Shown one piece after another: positions 14,916-27,150 of a stretch of DNA of 64,000 nucleotides. Each line of letters opens with the position of its first letter. The stretch's first letter is position 1. Position numbers and translations under genes: made by a program. The notes under the pieces are model-generated. The model worked only from the letters and a program-made list of their open reading frames with translations. It did no database searches and was not told where the DNA came from. Origin of the DNA: the human T2T-CHM13v2.0 reference genome, Homo sapiens; assembly GCF_009914755.1 (NCBI RefSeq), contig NC_060927.1; one strand, written 5' to 3'.

Positions 14916-16322
14916 TCATTGCCCCATAACCTACACACGGCAAGGCCAATGCCAGTATCTAAATATCACGTACCACACAAACCAAGCAGAGGATAAGAGG
15001 GGAGTCATTTGTTTCCCAATAACTGGGGAAAGGAAAAGGGAGACTGGAAAACTGTTTTAGACCGAATCTGTTCTTCTTTCTTCTTCCCTTCGAGAGTCAT
15101 TTTATCCTCAAGCACTATTGCTGATTCTATCCTCATGATCTGGGATGCCCAAAACAAGCAAGGAACAGTCCATCAGTAATGTCCCTCACATTAGTACAGC
15201 ACTTTATATATAGCAACTCACTTGTACGCATGTCACTCTGCCGCCACATCTATACAAAGCCACTTCCACTACAAACCAAACTTCTCTGACCCATGCGATC
15301 TGCCTAGCATTGACCACTGAGCTTCTATCTACCATGTGTCTCTTGCTAAGCTGGATGCTGTGGGAGATGGAGGATGCAACAAAGTGTAAAAAGTGGGCGG
15401 AGCTGACCCTGGACCATTTACATGTGTCTGGGGGAAGAGCTCTCCAGGTCTCCAGGTGTGTAAAACAGGACACATCGGGTGTCAAATGACCTTGGGATTC
15501 AGAAAGGACAGGCAAAGGCACGGCACTGTTGGCGGAAGGGGTCCACACAGGGAAGAGGAGAAGCCCCCTGTAGCCCAGCCTTTTACACCGACTTCACTCA
15601 GTCTTCTAGAACAGATGTGATGAGCGCGCTGACCCTCCAGCCTTAGCCTCTCAGTGTGCTCCAGAGAACTTCCAACAGGAAGATTGGCTTCTCTGGGCCC
15701 GAGGGCTTTCTCCAGTGCTAGTGCTTTCCAGATGAGCTACAAAATTAACACTCGCTGGGAAATTCACATCCTCTGCGGAGCAGCCTTTAGGGACTGAGAG
15801 GAGTTGGTGTGTACACACCCCAGCCCCCCACCCCCGGGAGGATCGTTTTTTGAGGTGTGTGTTTTACACTCGTGTAACAGCTTCCCCCTTGGGATGAAGC
15901 TGCAGCTGCGCATTGTGTTGACTGGCTGACCATGGCCCCTTTACCGGTTTTCTCCCCTCCCCTTATCACTGCCCACACCTCTCCCGGGCTCTCCCTGGTT
16001 TACCTTCTCCCCAGTAAACTTGCACATCCTTGTCTCAGAGGCTGCTTCTGACAAAACTCAAACTAAGACATCCCCCTATTTCCTGTGAATGGATTAATAT
16101 TGTACCCATTTGACTAATGAGAAAACTAAGACTCAGACTATGTGGTCTGAGGTCACATAGCAAGCATGTGATTGTTCTCAGGCTTGACCCCACATCCCTC
16201 TGTACCACCACACCTGTCCTTGTAGCATACTGAGAGAATTGCACACACAAGCATGTTGCTGGATCCCAGGGACAGTGCTCACCCTGACTCCCACCTCCAC
16301 CCCACTCAGGAAACTGGGAATT

Positions 16323-16516
16323 TTCTCCTGCCTCAGCCTCCTGAGTAACTGGGATTACAGGCCTGCACCACCATGCCCGGCTAATTTTGCATTTTTAGTA
16401 GAGATGGGATTTCTCCATGTTGGTCAGGCTGGACTCAAACTCCTGACCTCAGGTGATCTGCCTGCCTCAGCCTCCCAAAGTGCTGGGATTAGAGGCGTGA
16501 GCCACCGTGCCCGGCC
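16323..16516 (-). mobile_element. AluSp-like, lacking its 3' ~90 nt and polyA
   Basis: Begins abruptly at ttctcctgcctcagcc and runs to an intact 5' end (cccggcc); tttctccatgttggtcagg diagnostic. Confidence 0.93.
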
Positions 16517-16983
16517 CCAAGTAGAAATCTTATACTCCACGTAGGCCTGAAGCGCAAGGCAAGAAATAGGAAGCTACCCTTTCTGGTATGTGGAGTTGCT
16601 GAGAAAGTGTTATCTGTAAATTGTTTATCCAGATCCATAGAGAACAGCTTTTACAAGCACAGTCCCAACTTTTGGCAATTTTTGCAAATCATTTGGATTA
16701 AGGTAGCATGCAGCTATTGTGTTGGGCTAAGTGTGAGTATGTGGCTGGATGTGAAATTTTACTGACAACCAAACCATAGTTGGGAAACTTGAAAGTGTTG
16801 CCAAGGCTCAGGGAGCTGTTGGTAAACCCAGGTAAAGTTTTGGCTCAGTGAAGAGATAACTTGATCCAAGTTTTGAACAAGATGGAATTATCACGAGCAG
16901 GAGCAGATGGATGGGGTAAATCACATGAAATCAGCCTAAACTTATTAAAAGCTGACCGCAAAGCTTCTTCCATTTATGTCCAG

Positions 16984-17525
16984 TGTTCTAGTTATCTATT
17001 GCTGCATAATAAACCACCCCAAAACTCAGTGGATTAGAACCTGGCCATTCCGTTGTATCTCCTGAATGTGTGGGTCAGGAATTCAGGCAGGGCTTGGCTG
17101 AGAGATTCTGTTCCACATAGTATCAACCAAGGTTACTCACAAGTATTCAGCTGGCAGGTGGGCTGGTCTGAAGGGTCTGTGATGGCTTCACTCACATGTC
17201 AGGCACATTGGTGGACATGGCTAGAAGGCTGGGCTTGATGGCTAGAAGGCTGGGCTTGATAGAAACTGTTGATCAGAGAACCTATCCATACATGGTCTCT
17301 CCAGCCTGGTGGCCTCAGGGCAGTTGGACTTCTTACACAGCAGGTCAGTGCTCCAAAAACAAGTACACAGTGAACAAGCTGGAAGCCACATGGTTTTTTA
17401 TGACCTAGCTTTGAAATCACATAGAGTCACTTCTGCTGTACTGCTTGTCAAAGCAGTCACAAGCCCAACCAGATTCAAGGGGAAGAGACTTAGATCCAAA
17501 CCCTCAATGGTAGGAGTATGTAAAA
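16984..17525 (-). mobile_element. MLT1 (MLT1H-like) MaLR LTR
   Basis: tgttctagttatctattgctgcataataaaccaccccaaaactcagtgg...gggtcaggaattcaggcaggg...ccagattcaagggga. Confidence 0.85.
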
Positions 17526-17560
17526 GTACAACATCCAGATTGGGTTAGAAGTAAGGAAGG

Positions 17561-17868
17561 GGCCGGGGATGGTGGCTCACACCTGTCATCCCAGCACTTG
17601 GGAGGCTGAGGTAGGTGGATCACCTGAGGTCAGGAGTTCAAGACTAGCCTGGCCAAAATGGCAAAACCCCCTCTCTACTAAAAATACAAAAAATTAGCCA
17701 GGCATAGTGGCAGACACCTGTAATCCCAGCTACTCTGGAGGCTGAGGCAGGAGAATCACTTGAACCCAGGAGGCAGAGGTTGAAGTGAACCGAGATTACA
17801 CCACTGAACTCCAATGCCTTGGCAACAAGAGTGAAACTCCATCGCAAAAAAAAAAAAAAAAAAAAAAA
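17561..17868 (+). mobile_element. AluS (Sq-like)
   Basis: Full dimer plus polyA; degenerate TSD gaagtaaggaagg / gaagcaaagaagg. Confidence 0.96.
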
Positions 17869-19199
17869 GGAAGCAAAGAAGGGAAGCCAGAGCTTGCAGG
17901 CTTCCTCTGAATCTGAAATTATAGTTGCAGTTGCTTTGTCCAAGGGAAGGAATTCTAAAGGGAGGGATCTGGTTGGGTTAAAATTGTTGGAAAGCCAAAC
18001 CAAGTCCACACTGGATTCTACAGAAGATTTGTTGTCCCACTGAGCTCACAGGGACACCCAGGCACCTGCTGCAGCACCACCCTGCTCTCTGGCCTGTACT
18101 GCCAGCTGCCAGCGTGGCCTGGCTTCCTGACAGCTCTGCACTCAGCACTGGCTGTCATGATGAAAGCAGCTGAGCAAAGTGTTTCCCTTGCTTGGGGACG
18201 CTGGTCTCCTGGAGCTGAGAAAAAGGGAGGAGGCCAATGTGGGAGAGTTTGGCTGATTTGAGCAATATGCAGACCACATGGGGATCAGGAGCCTGAGAAA
18301 GAGTGCCTGGTCTTGCTCATCACATTGAAGGCCTGCAACTAAGGTCAGGCTCCATGGGGCACTCTCACCAAAGCCTGCATCTCCCAAGGCAAGGCAACTC
18401 TGTGAGCCTCAATGCTGATGGTACTGTCCAAGCATGGAGAAGAGGAGAATGCCACAGTCTCTCACACATCTAGGTACCACGGCCTGGCACAGGTATGTCC
18501 TCAGAAGAGTCAACTGAATAAACTCATTGGTTCAATTGAATATGCTTTTCACATAATGTTTGTGCACTTTTTTTTTTTTTTTTTTGCATTTACTACGTAA
18601 GAGATCTAGAAAAGGATGGCAGTGGGGGTAGGGGGTTGGTAATGAAAAGAAGAGAGAGAAAGGTCCTGATGCTTGTGGAAACAAGCTTCTGGCCTTGAAC
18701 TATGGCCCAATCCAGTGGCTGGAAGTAATCTGACCCTACAGAGAGCCCCTTGGCTAATAAGCTCTTTACTCAGAATGAGTTTGAAATGTTTGATACGGTC
18801 CTAATTAAACTAATTATTTCCCTCCAAACTTGCAAACTTATATAAATAATAATGCTTTCATATATGCTAATTCATCAGTCCTTACAAAACTCCAAGGAAT
18901 AGATGCATTTATCCTTTTTACTTTCAAACATGGAAAAAATAGAATGAATCAAATAAAAGCCCAGATTTGTCGCTCTCTCTCTGTCTCAAATCCTGTTTTG
19001 AATTGCTGCTCTGCCTCTGGGGTGATTCTACAATCACCACTCACCCCATCACGTGGCCTAGAAACCTAGTAATATGGGCTTCATCCTGACCTCCATGGCA
19101 GTCAACAAACAGGTCTCATTCATTTTTCATCCTCAGCCTTCCTCCATCACTCGCCCTGTGTCAGGGTCCTCAGACTTTCAACCTTCATTCCTTGCCACC

Positions 19200-19445
19200 A
19201 GGGCTATTGAGCCAGCCTCCTGACAAGACCTCTGTTCTACCCCTGTAGTCCATCCCTCACACTGTAACCAAAGAAACCTGAAACACAGACCTCAGCATAC
19301 TAAGCCTTTTGCTCATAAAGTATCACTCACTCCCTACAACTCTACAGCCTGCAGAATAAGTGACTAGCCCTGAAGCCTGGTGTTCAAGGCTTTCCGTGAT
19401 CTCCTCCTGATCAACATTTCTCATCTCATCTACCACTATCCCCTT
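19200..19445 (+). mobile_element. L2 fragment
   Basis: agccagcctcctgac...gtccatccctcacactgtaacc...cctgcagaataag...gcctggtgttcaaggctttccgtgatct. Confidence 0.6.
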
Positions 19446-20969
19446 TCATGATGTTTTTGCAAACCAGAGTCTGCAAAGCTCTGAGCATTGTTCTGGAAGA
19501 GGAGAGGAGTTCTACACAATAATTTTGAAATGTTATGTTTTTGTTTCAGTGATACAGGAAAAAATAGATAAATATAACACTCACTTTCTGATCCTGCCTC
19601 ATTATTTTAATCTCTGTGTTATTTATACTTGCTTTCACAATCTTTGATGTTATTAACTATTCAGGTGACAGTTTTTAACTTTGAACGCGGAGTTTCTCAA
19701 ACTGTGGTTGCAGAGCCTCCAAGAGTACCGGGATAGTTGCTCATAAGTCTTCAAGCTCTTCTCTATATTCCAGCTGTACTACACTGTGCTTGTATGTGGA
19801 TCAGATCACAAATTTCATTTTAGCCTTATCCCTGCTTCATCATCTTTACTCGTGTTCTTCCTTTGGTTTAGAATGCCTTTCCACATTCTGCACACTCAGC
19901 TCCTACCCAGCACCATTTCCAAGCTTCTTCACGCATGTCACTAGGGATAGCCCTGCTATAGATCTCCAGATGTAAAGATTCTCTGAGTTGGAATGGGCAC
20001 TGTAGATCATAGGCTATTGTCCTCTTCTTACAGTGAGAAAAACCTAGGCACAAAAAATGGAAGTAACAAACCAAGTCTAGAATCCAGGCCCCCTGACATC
20101 TTATATGGTGTTCTGTTCACATCTCGCAACATACTGCACACTTTTCTTAAAAGTTTTATCATCCATTTTTACATTGAGTGGCTGGAAGGGCTGCATGCAG
20201 AGTAAATCCTTAGCTTCCCTATAACCATAACTGACAGGGCCATAAAACCACAGTAATTACCTGACATGTTCATATGTCTAAAGCACTATAATAGAATATC
20301 CCATGAGATCTGAATGCTGGAAGCACTTTGCATTTTTGCATTGGACAATGGAGGCTGCTCCAATTAATGTCAATCAGACTTACTCACTCCAGAGAAGTCC
20401 AAAATTATATGCTGATTTATTGAACTTAGTATAATGTTCCAAAATTGATTTTTTAACATTTCTGCAAACTAAGATATTATAGAGAGGCAATATAGCAATT
20501 AGTTCAATGTTCTGAACTTAGTAGACACTCAATAAATGTGAGCTGAATGAATAGATGCCCCATAGGCTGGGAGCCAAGATACCTGAGTGCCAGTCTCATT
20601 CTTCTACTAATAGGCCATGGGGGATTGGGAAAATTGCTTTCCCTCACTAAGCTTCAGTCTACTCATCTGTAAAATGAGGTATTTGGAGCAACCCAATTTT
20701 ATCTTCCTGAGATAAGTCCCTTGCAGCTCTAAAAGTCTACAATTTTGTGAAAATGATAAATCCATTTATACTATTGGTGTCAAAGGAAAAGAAAAATAAT
20801 ACTATAATTTATTACCTATTCTAATTTTATGCTCAATTGCTTCTTTCATGCATCATTATAGGTGTTTTCAGATCCATTACATAGTTGAGTTATCACGACT
20901 AACTTTTGAGGAAAATACTATTATATTCTGCCTCTACATTTGGGAAAACAAGTTTTATTAACTTGAGAA

Positions 20970-21780
20970 GACTTCAACTTCCAGTCTTGATAGAATTACT
21001 ACTGTTCTCAGACATTGGGAAATAGATAGTGCAAACTGTAATCTGTGAGAGAATGCATCAATGAGGTGAGACCTGAAATAACCCTAGCTTTATGCTTGCA
21101 GGCAATTTCCAGCCCAAGAGCACAGTCCAGTAGCTTCACTAGGTTGAGGAGACAGAGATCAGTCTGTGGACCTGAGGCAGCTAGGAGGTGAGGATCACAA
21201 TTTTTGAAAGGAGGGAGATACACAGAAAAATAACACCATAAGTCTGCTGAGATATTTTCCTGAGTCTTTGCTGAGTATTCAACTATATGTGTATAAAGTA
21301 AAACTCTACATGACCAGGGAAGAGAAACGACAGGAGAGTTGAAGCTGAACAATCCAAAGCTCTCAAAAGGTAAGGCCGTAATTGTGCATCAACCAGCCAA
21401 CGTGGAGAGTCCTTGGTGATCCCTTGGGACATTCAGTGAAGAGCCCAGAGAAATCACACTTGAGGAAAATGGCTGAATTATTCCTGGAGTGAAGGTTACT
21501 CCAGACTCTCCATAGCAAAGTGTAAAGCCAGGATTCAAAGATGTCAAACTGATCCATGTGTAACTTAACTGTCTGCCAAAATAAAGCCCAAACAAAGCCA
21601 AAACCAAGATTTTTCTTTAAAAAAAGAAGACAACAAAGTCCAAATACTTAATGATAGAATATTACAATGTCTGCCATCTAATAAAAAATTACTAGACATA
21701 TAAAGACGCAGAAAAATGGTGACCCATAATCAAGAGAAAAATCAGTCAATAGAAACAGACCTATAAATGACAGAGATGAT
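20970..21780 (+). mobile_element. Old L1M (L1MC/L1MD-type) 5' region fragment
   Basis: Ends in aaaaattactagacatataaagacgcagaaaaatggtgacccataatcaagagaaaaatcagtcaatagaaacagac, typical of L1M 5'UTR/ORF1 start. Confidence 0.7.
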
Positions 21781-23227
21781 GTACAAGTATTTAAGTGACT
21801 TGACAAGACCCATCAGTAGGGAGTGCAAATTCAAACCCAGGTCTCCTGACACTCATTTAGTGCTCTTTTCATTGCCTGTGCTCACCAGTCTCTCTGCATG
21901 TGTGGACATTTATAGGGTTTTACCATGACAATCCCAGTGCCATTTTCCTATGCTTCTGGTCTGCACTTTGGTCACAATAGCTGAGAAGCCTGCAGAGGTA
22001 GCCACAGATATGAAACCTACAAAGGCCAGTCTCTGATCAGGAACAAGCACTGACCATCTTCATAGACAAAATTTCAACAATGCTGAAACAGAACTCACTT
22101 GTGTCTCTTCCCCCTCCTATAGAACTTGCATGGGAATTACCCATGGCCATTCCCACATGGCCACTCCTGGTCACATCTCTGGCCAGAAGGTCTCTCCTCC
22201 CCAAGGGCTACAGCTTAAGGGAACATGAAAATCAGTGTGTGAACAATGGCAGCATGCACCAGGAAACCAGCCCTCAGCTTCAGCCCTGATTGGCAAAAAC
22301 TTAAGCAAGGGGTAAATGGAAACAGAAAGCATCACAGGAGGCTGTCAGCCTGCAGAAAGGTACAAGTCCCACCCCCAATGCTGGGAGTATATTCATGTGT
22401 GTGCTGCCTACAAGTGTTTGTAAGAGAATGGTGACACAGAGTCACCTCCCAGGCTGGGGGTACAGTTTTCCTCCCTGCAATTTACTACACAAGTTGTTAC
22501 CAAAGCAAATATCAAAGCCCTGCAATTTGCTAATTATAGGCGGGATCCTGGGCTTGTGGGCCCAATTAACCACTTGTTCCTCATTTTCTGTGTATGACCT
22601 GCCGACTGCACCCACAATTACCCACTTGTCTTTTTAACTGCCCTGTGAGCTGGCTGACTCACCTCCAATTCACTCCCACTATCCCCTCCAGATGGCCTTT
22701 GGTATCTTTTTGTTTCCAAGCTCCCTCCACTTGACTATTATCTTTCTTTGCATCACAGGCCACTGTCTGGTCACCCAGGCTAGGGCTCCTACAAGAAGTC
22801 CTGATCTTACTCTTTGCCTACACTTGGAGCCTGTAAGGCAAGAAGCAGGTCCTGTTGGTCTCGGCATCTTGCCTAGCTCCTCAAGGAAGCTCAGGAGGCT
22901 GTGGCCACATTCAGCCTCTGCTCCCAGACAGACTCCACAAAAGGAGCAAGGAAAATTACAGCTTCTCTGGAACAGGCCCACTGCCAGGGCTCCTGCCCAT
23001 GGCCTCCATCAATGCCTCCCTGGTTCCCTACCTCAGCCAAGCCAGGGCTGGATCCAGGGAAACTCATCACCATTCCTGGAAGAGGACATCCCAACAGCTG
23101 CCAGCATTAGCTCTCTGGAGAGACACAAATCAAAAAAGGAGAAAAATCCCTCAGGATCTCCTGCTTCATTAGGCAGACTTCCTGGCAAGCAAAGAATTTC
23201 CAGCAAACTTTTTGATGGGTTACTATG

Positions 23228-23315
23228 TCAATGGTTCCTACCCTTTTTTGTGTCACAGACACCTTGGAAAATCTAATGAAAGTTCTGGACCCTCTCCAGT
23301 GAGAAATGCTCATAT
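23228..23315. mobile_element. MER103C-like hAT fragment
   Basis: cttttttgtgtcacagacaccttggaaaatctaatgaaagttctggaccctctcc. Confidence 0.55.
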
Positions 23316-24240
23316 GCATTCATCCATTTATTTATTTAATCATTCAGCAAATACTTATGGAGCACCTATGTGCCAGGCACTATTGCAGGGACTCAGAAAC
23401 ATCAGTGGACAAATAGACAGAATTTCCTGCTCTCATGTAGCTTATATTGTAACACAGAAAAACAAGCAATAAAAATTGAATGTAATAAATACGTAAAATA
23501 TATAATTTGCTAGAAAACAAGTACTATGGGCCAGTCAAGGTGGTGCACACCTGTAATCCCAGCACTTTGGGAGGCCAAGGCGGGCAGATCACTTGAGCCC
23601 AGGAGTTCGAGACCAGCCTGGACAACATGGCAAAACCCCATCTCTACAAAGAAAAAAAAAAACGAAGAATTAGCCAGGCATGGTAGAATGTGCCTATAGT
23701 CCCAGCTACCCAGGAGGCTGAGGTAGGAGGATCACTTGAGACCAGGAGGTTGAGACCTCAGTGAGCCATGATCACTCCACTGTACTCCAGGCTGGGCAAC
23801 AGAGTGAGACCCTGTCCTGGTAAAGAGTGCTATGGAAAAAGGAAAATTAGAGCAGGATAAGAGAGAGATAGGTGGGAATGATGTCACATTTTTAAACAGG
23901 ATGTGTCAGGGAGTCTTCATTGAGAAGTGAATGTGAGCAAAGAACCAAAGAATATAAGCGGTTTTGCCATGTGGTTATCTGGGGAAAGAGCACAGCAACA
24001 AGAGCATGAACAGCCTGAGGTCATGCCCAGCGTGAATGAGGACAAGCAAAAAGAGCAGCATGGCTGGACCTCGGGAAGTGGGAGGAAGGCTGCCTCAGTG
24101 AGAGATGAGGTCACAGGGGCAGAAGTCGGGAGACACATATCACATAGGAATTTTACTGAGTTAAATCTAAAGCCATGAGTGGACTTTGAGCAAAGGGGCA
24201 ATATGATCTAAGACTTTAGAATGTCTGTCTGAGGCTGCTA
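23316..24240 (-). mobile_element. L2 3' portion, interrupted by an AluJ
   Basis: cattcatccatttatt...cattcagcaaatacttatggagcacctatgtgccaggcact; continues as gtcagggagtcttcattgagaagtga...gactttgagcaaaggggcaatatgatct. Confidence 0.8.
23529..23816 (+). mobile_element. AluJ
   Basis: J-type diagnostics (cacttgagcccaggag, aggaggatcacttgag, gagccatgatc, gagaccctgtc); no polyA left. Confidence 0.93.
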
Positions 24241-24280
24241 CGGGGAGCAAAAGATTTAAATGTCAAAAAATGGTAGCCTG

Positions 24281-24567
24281 GGCCGGGCGCAGTGGCTCAC
24301 ACCTGTAATCCCAGCACTTTGGGAGGCCGAGGCGTGTGGATCACCAGGTCAGGAGTTCAAGACCAGCATGGCCAACATGGTGAAACCCCATCTCTACTAA
24401 GAAATACAAAAATTAGCTGGGCATGGTGGTGCGTGCCTGTAATCTCAGCTACTCGGGAGGCTGAGGCAGAAGAATCGCTTGAACCCTGGAGACAGAGGTT
24501 GCAGTGAGCCTAGATCGCACCACTGCACTCCAACCATGGCGAGAGAGAAAAAGAAAAGAAAAGAAAA
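24281..24567 (+). mobile_element. AluS (Sg-like)
   Basis: ggatcaccaggtcaggagttc (2-nt deletion); (AAAAG)n tail; TSD aaaatggt(a/g)gcct. Confidence 0.95.
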
Positions 24568-24772
24568 TGGTGGCCTTGGCCAGAGTGGTTGCAGTGGAGA
24601 CTGCTGGAAGGTTGAGTCAAGAGCATCTCTGCAATGGATGTGGCATGTGTGAGAAAGAGGCACACGTAGAATTTCACACGCGATTCAGCACTTTAGCAAT
24701 CCCCTCTGTCCATCCATGGATGCAGGGTCCTTTACCAGATGACAAGGAAAGTGGTGGACCCTAGAAGGGAGA

Positions 24773-24982
24773 GGGAAGGGACTTCAGTGAGTGGACACGG
24801 GGAGCCCTAGCTATATCTACAAGTTTCACTTCTTTTAAATACATAATAAAAAGACATTTAAAGTGAATATGACAAAAGGGAAGGGACTTCAGTGAGTGGA
24901 CACGGGGAGCCCTAGCTGTATCTACAAGTTTCACTTCTTTTAAATACATAATAAAAAGACATTTAAAGTGAATATGACAAAA
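24773..24982. repeat. 105-bp tandem duplication (2 copies, 1 mismatch)
   Basis: 24773-24877 equals 24878-24982 except A24813 versus G24918. Confidence 0.97.
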
Positions 24983-26421
24983 GTAACCATTGGTAGTCTA
25001 AGTGGTGGATACATGATTGTTATACCATTTCTGTGTATTTTAAAAGACTCATCATTGAAAATGAAGCTGCTTATCTCAAGATTTTCCAGATGCCTCCCGT
25101 TTGCTTTTTCAACGTATTGAGGGGGAATCAATACAACAGTGCTGGTCATTCTGTCTGCAACAACTGGCCAGGTGCCTGGGAATGGGAATACTTCATTTCT
25201 CTTACTTTCCTTCCCTTTCTTCCAGTGGCTCAGAGTCAAATGTGAGAGAAGACAGGACAAACACAAAAACCACACTGTACCAAACACAGAGTCTAGAGGA
25301 GGAAGAGAGTGATGGTAACTGGGAAGACCTGGGAAGGCCTCCTGGCAGAGGCGGCCTTTAAGCAGGATCCGGGAGAATGGGCAAACTGGGACTCGCAAGG
25401 AGAGAGACAGTGGGTTCCGCTGGAGGCTAATGCTCTAACAAAGGCACAGTGGGGAGCAAGCTAGGGCCCCAGCACCTACTCCACAATGGCCCATTTTAAG
25501 GGGAACAGGCAGGGGATTTCTTTGTCTTTGCTACTGAATCAGAGACCAGACTAGATCTGAGGTGCTTTTCAGAACCCTGAAGTTGCCCCAGTGGGTCCAA
25601 GAAGGCCACGTGGTGGACAAGCTTGGTTCTGGGCCTGCAGCAAGCTCTAACCTGCAGATGAGAATGACTTTGGGGCCCCCAGAGATGAGGGCTACTGAGG
25701 CAGGGCAGAGCCCCCTTGCAGACCTGAGTGAAGATCTCCTTAGAAGCCTCCCCAGCCAGCTCAGCCACCTCAGGATCTGGCCCCTAGACGCAAATTTCTC
25801 ACAGTCTGAGCCTTGGGGAAGGTCCCCTGCTGCCCACATTTTGCAAAAATTTGCGCCATGTCACAGTTCTGATTAGGTGCCAAGAGAACTATTTCCCAGG
25901 CCACAGCTTTAACAAGGCCATGCTTCCTAATTACTGGTTTTCTCCTAATTAAATAAAAAAGGGGGGGAGGTAACCAGTGATTACCCCACCTTATAATACC
26001 ACCTTCCATTTATATGCGTCTGTCTTCAGAGAAGCTCAAAGTGCTTTGTATATTATTGCATATTTTTCCCTCGTAACATCCTTGAGATTCCTAGGGGTGC
26101 TTATTATCATACCATTTTACAGCTGGGAAAAGAGGTGCTGGCTGAGGTGAAGCAAAGTGTCCAAGTGCCCTCACTAGCGATGATTAGTATTCTGAAGCTC
26201 CTCTAAGAAACCCCTATACGTTTAGAAATGAAGTCAGCTCCCGGGAGATAAACTAGGCTAAAGCAACACATAAATAATGGTTATTTATTGCAAACTTTAC
26301 AATAGTAATTAACACTGTTTAATTCTCACAACAGTCCTATGAAACAGACACTCTTACACTCATCATGAGGACAATGAGATTCAGAGAGGGAAAGTTACTT
26401 GCTTAGAGCTGCATAATAATA

Positions 26422-26499
26422 TTAGGTTAGTACAAAAGTAATCGCGTTTTGGCATTACTTTCAATGGCAAAAACCATGATTACTTTTGCACCAAACTAA
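26422..26499. mobile_element. MADE1 (Hsmar1-derived mariner MITE)
   Basis: ttaggttagtacaaaagtaatcgcg...ccatgattacttttgcaccaaactaa palindrome with TA TSD on both sides. Confidence 0.93.
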
Positions 26500-26504
26500 T
26501 AATA

Positions 26505-26720
26505 GTTGTGACAATAGTAAAAGCAGAAACTAATATTTATTGAGCACTTGCCATGGGCCAGGCATTTTAGACTTACTAACACTTTAAGTTCTTACAACAC
26601 CTTCTGAAGTAGGTGTTAGTATTATCACCATTGTGCTGATGACAAGACTGAAGCACAGAAAAGTTAAGTAACCTGCCCAAGGTCACATAGCAAGTAAGTG
26701 GCAGAGCCATACAGGAACCC
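26505..26720 (-). mobile_element. MIR
   Basis: atatttattgagcacttgccatgggccaggcatt...actgaagcacagaaaagttaagtaacctgcccaaggtcacatagcaagtaagtggcagagcc. Confidence 0.9.
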
Positions 26721-26755
26721 ACAAAGGGTCTCACCATACCAGTTTACTCACCTGA

Positions 26756-27150
<395 letters not shown>

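Noticed and set aside
22692-23276. 194-aa ORF (also the 186-aa ORF at 2812-3372)
   Set aside because: No recognisable homology or domain; the first runs into a MER103-like fragment; lengths are within the chance range for 64 kb.
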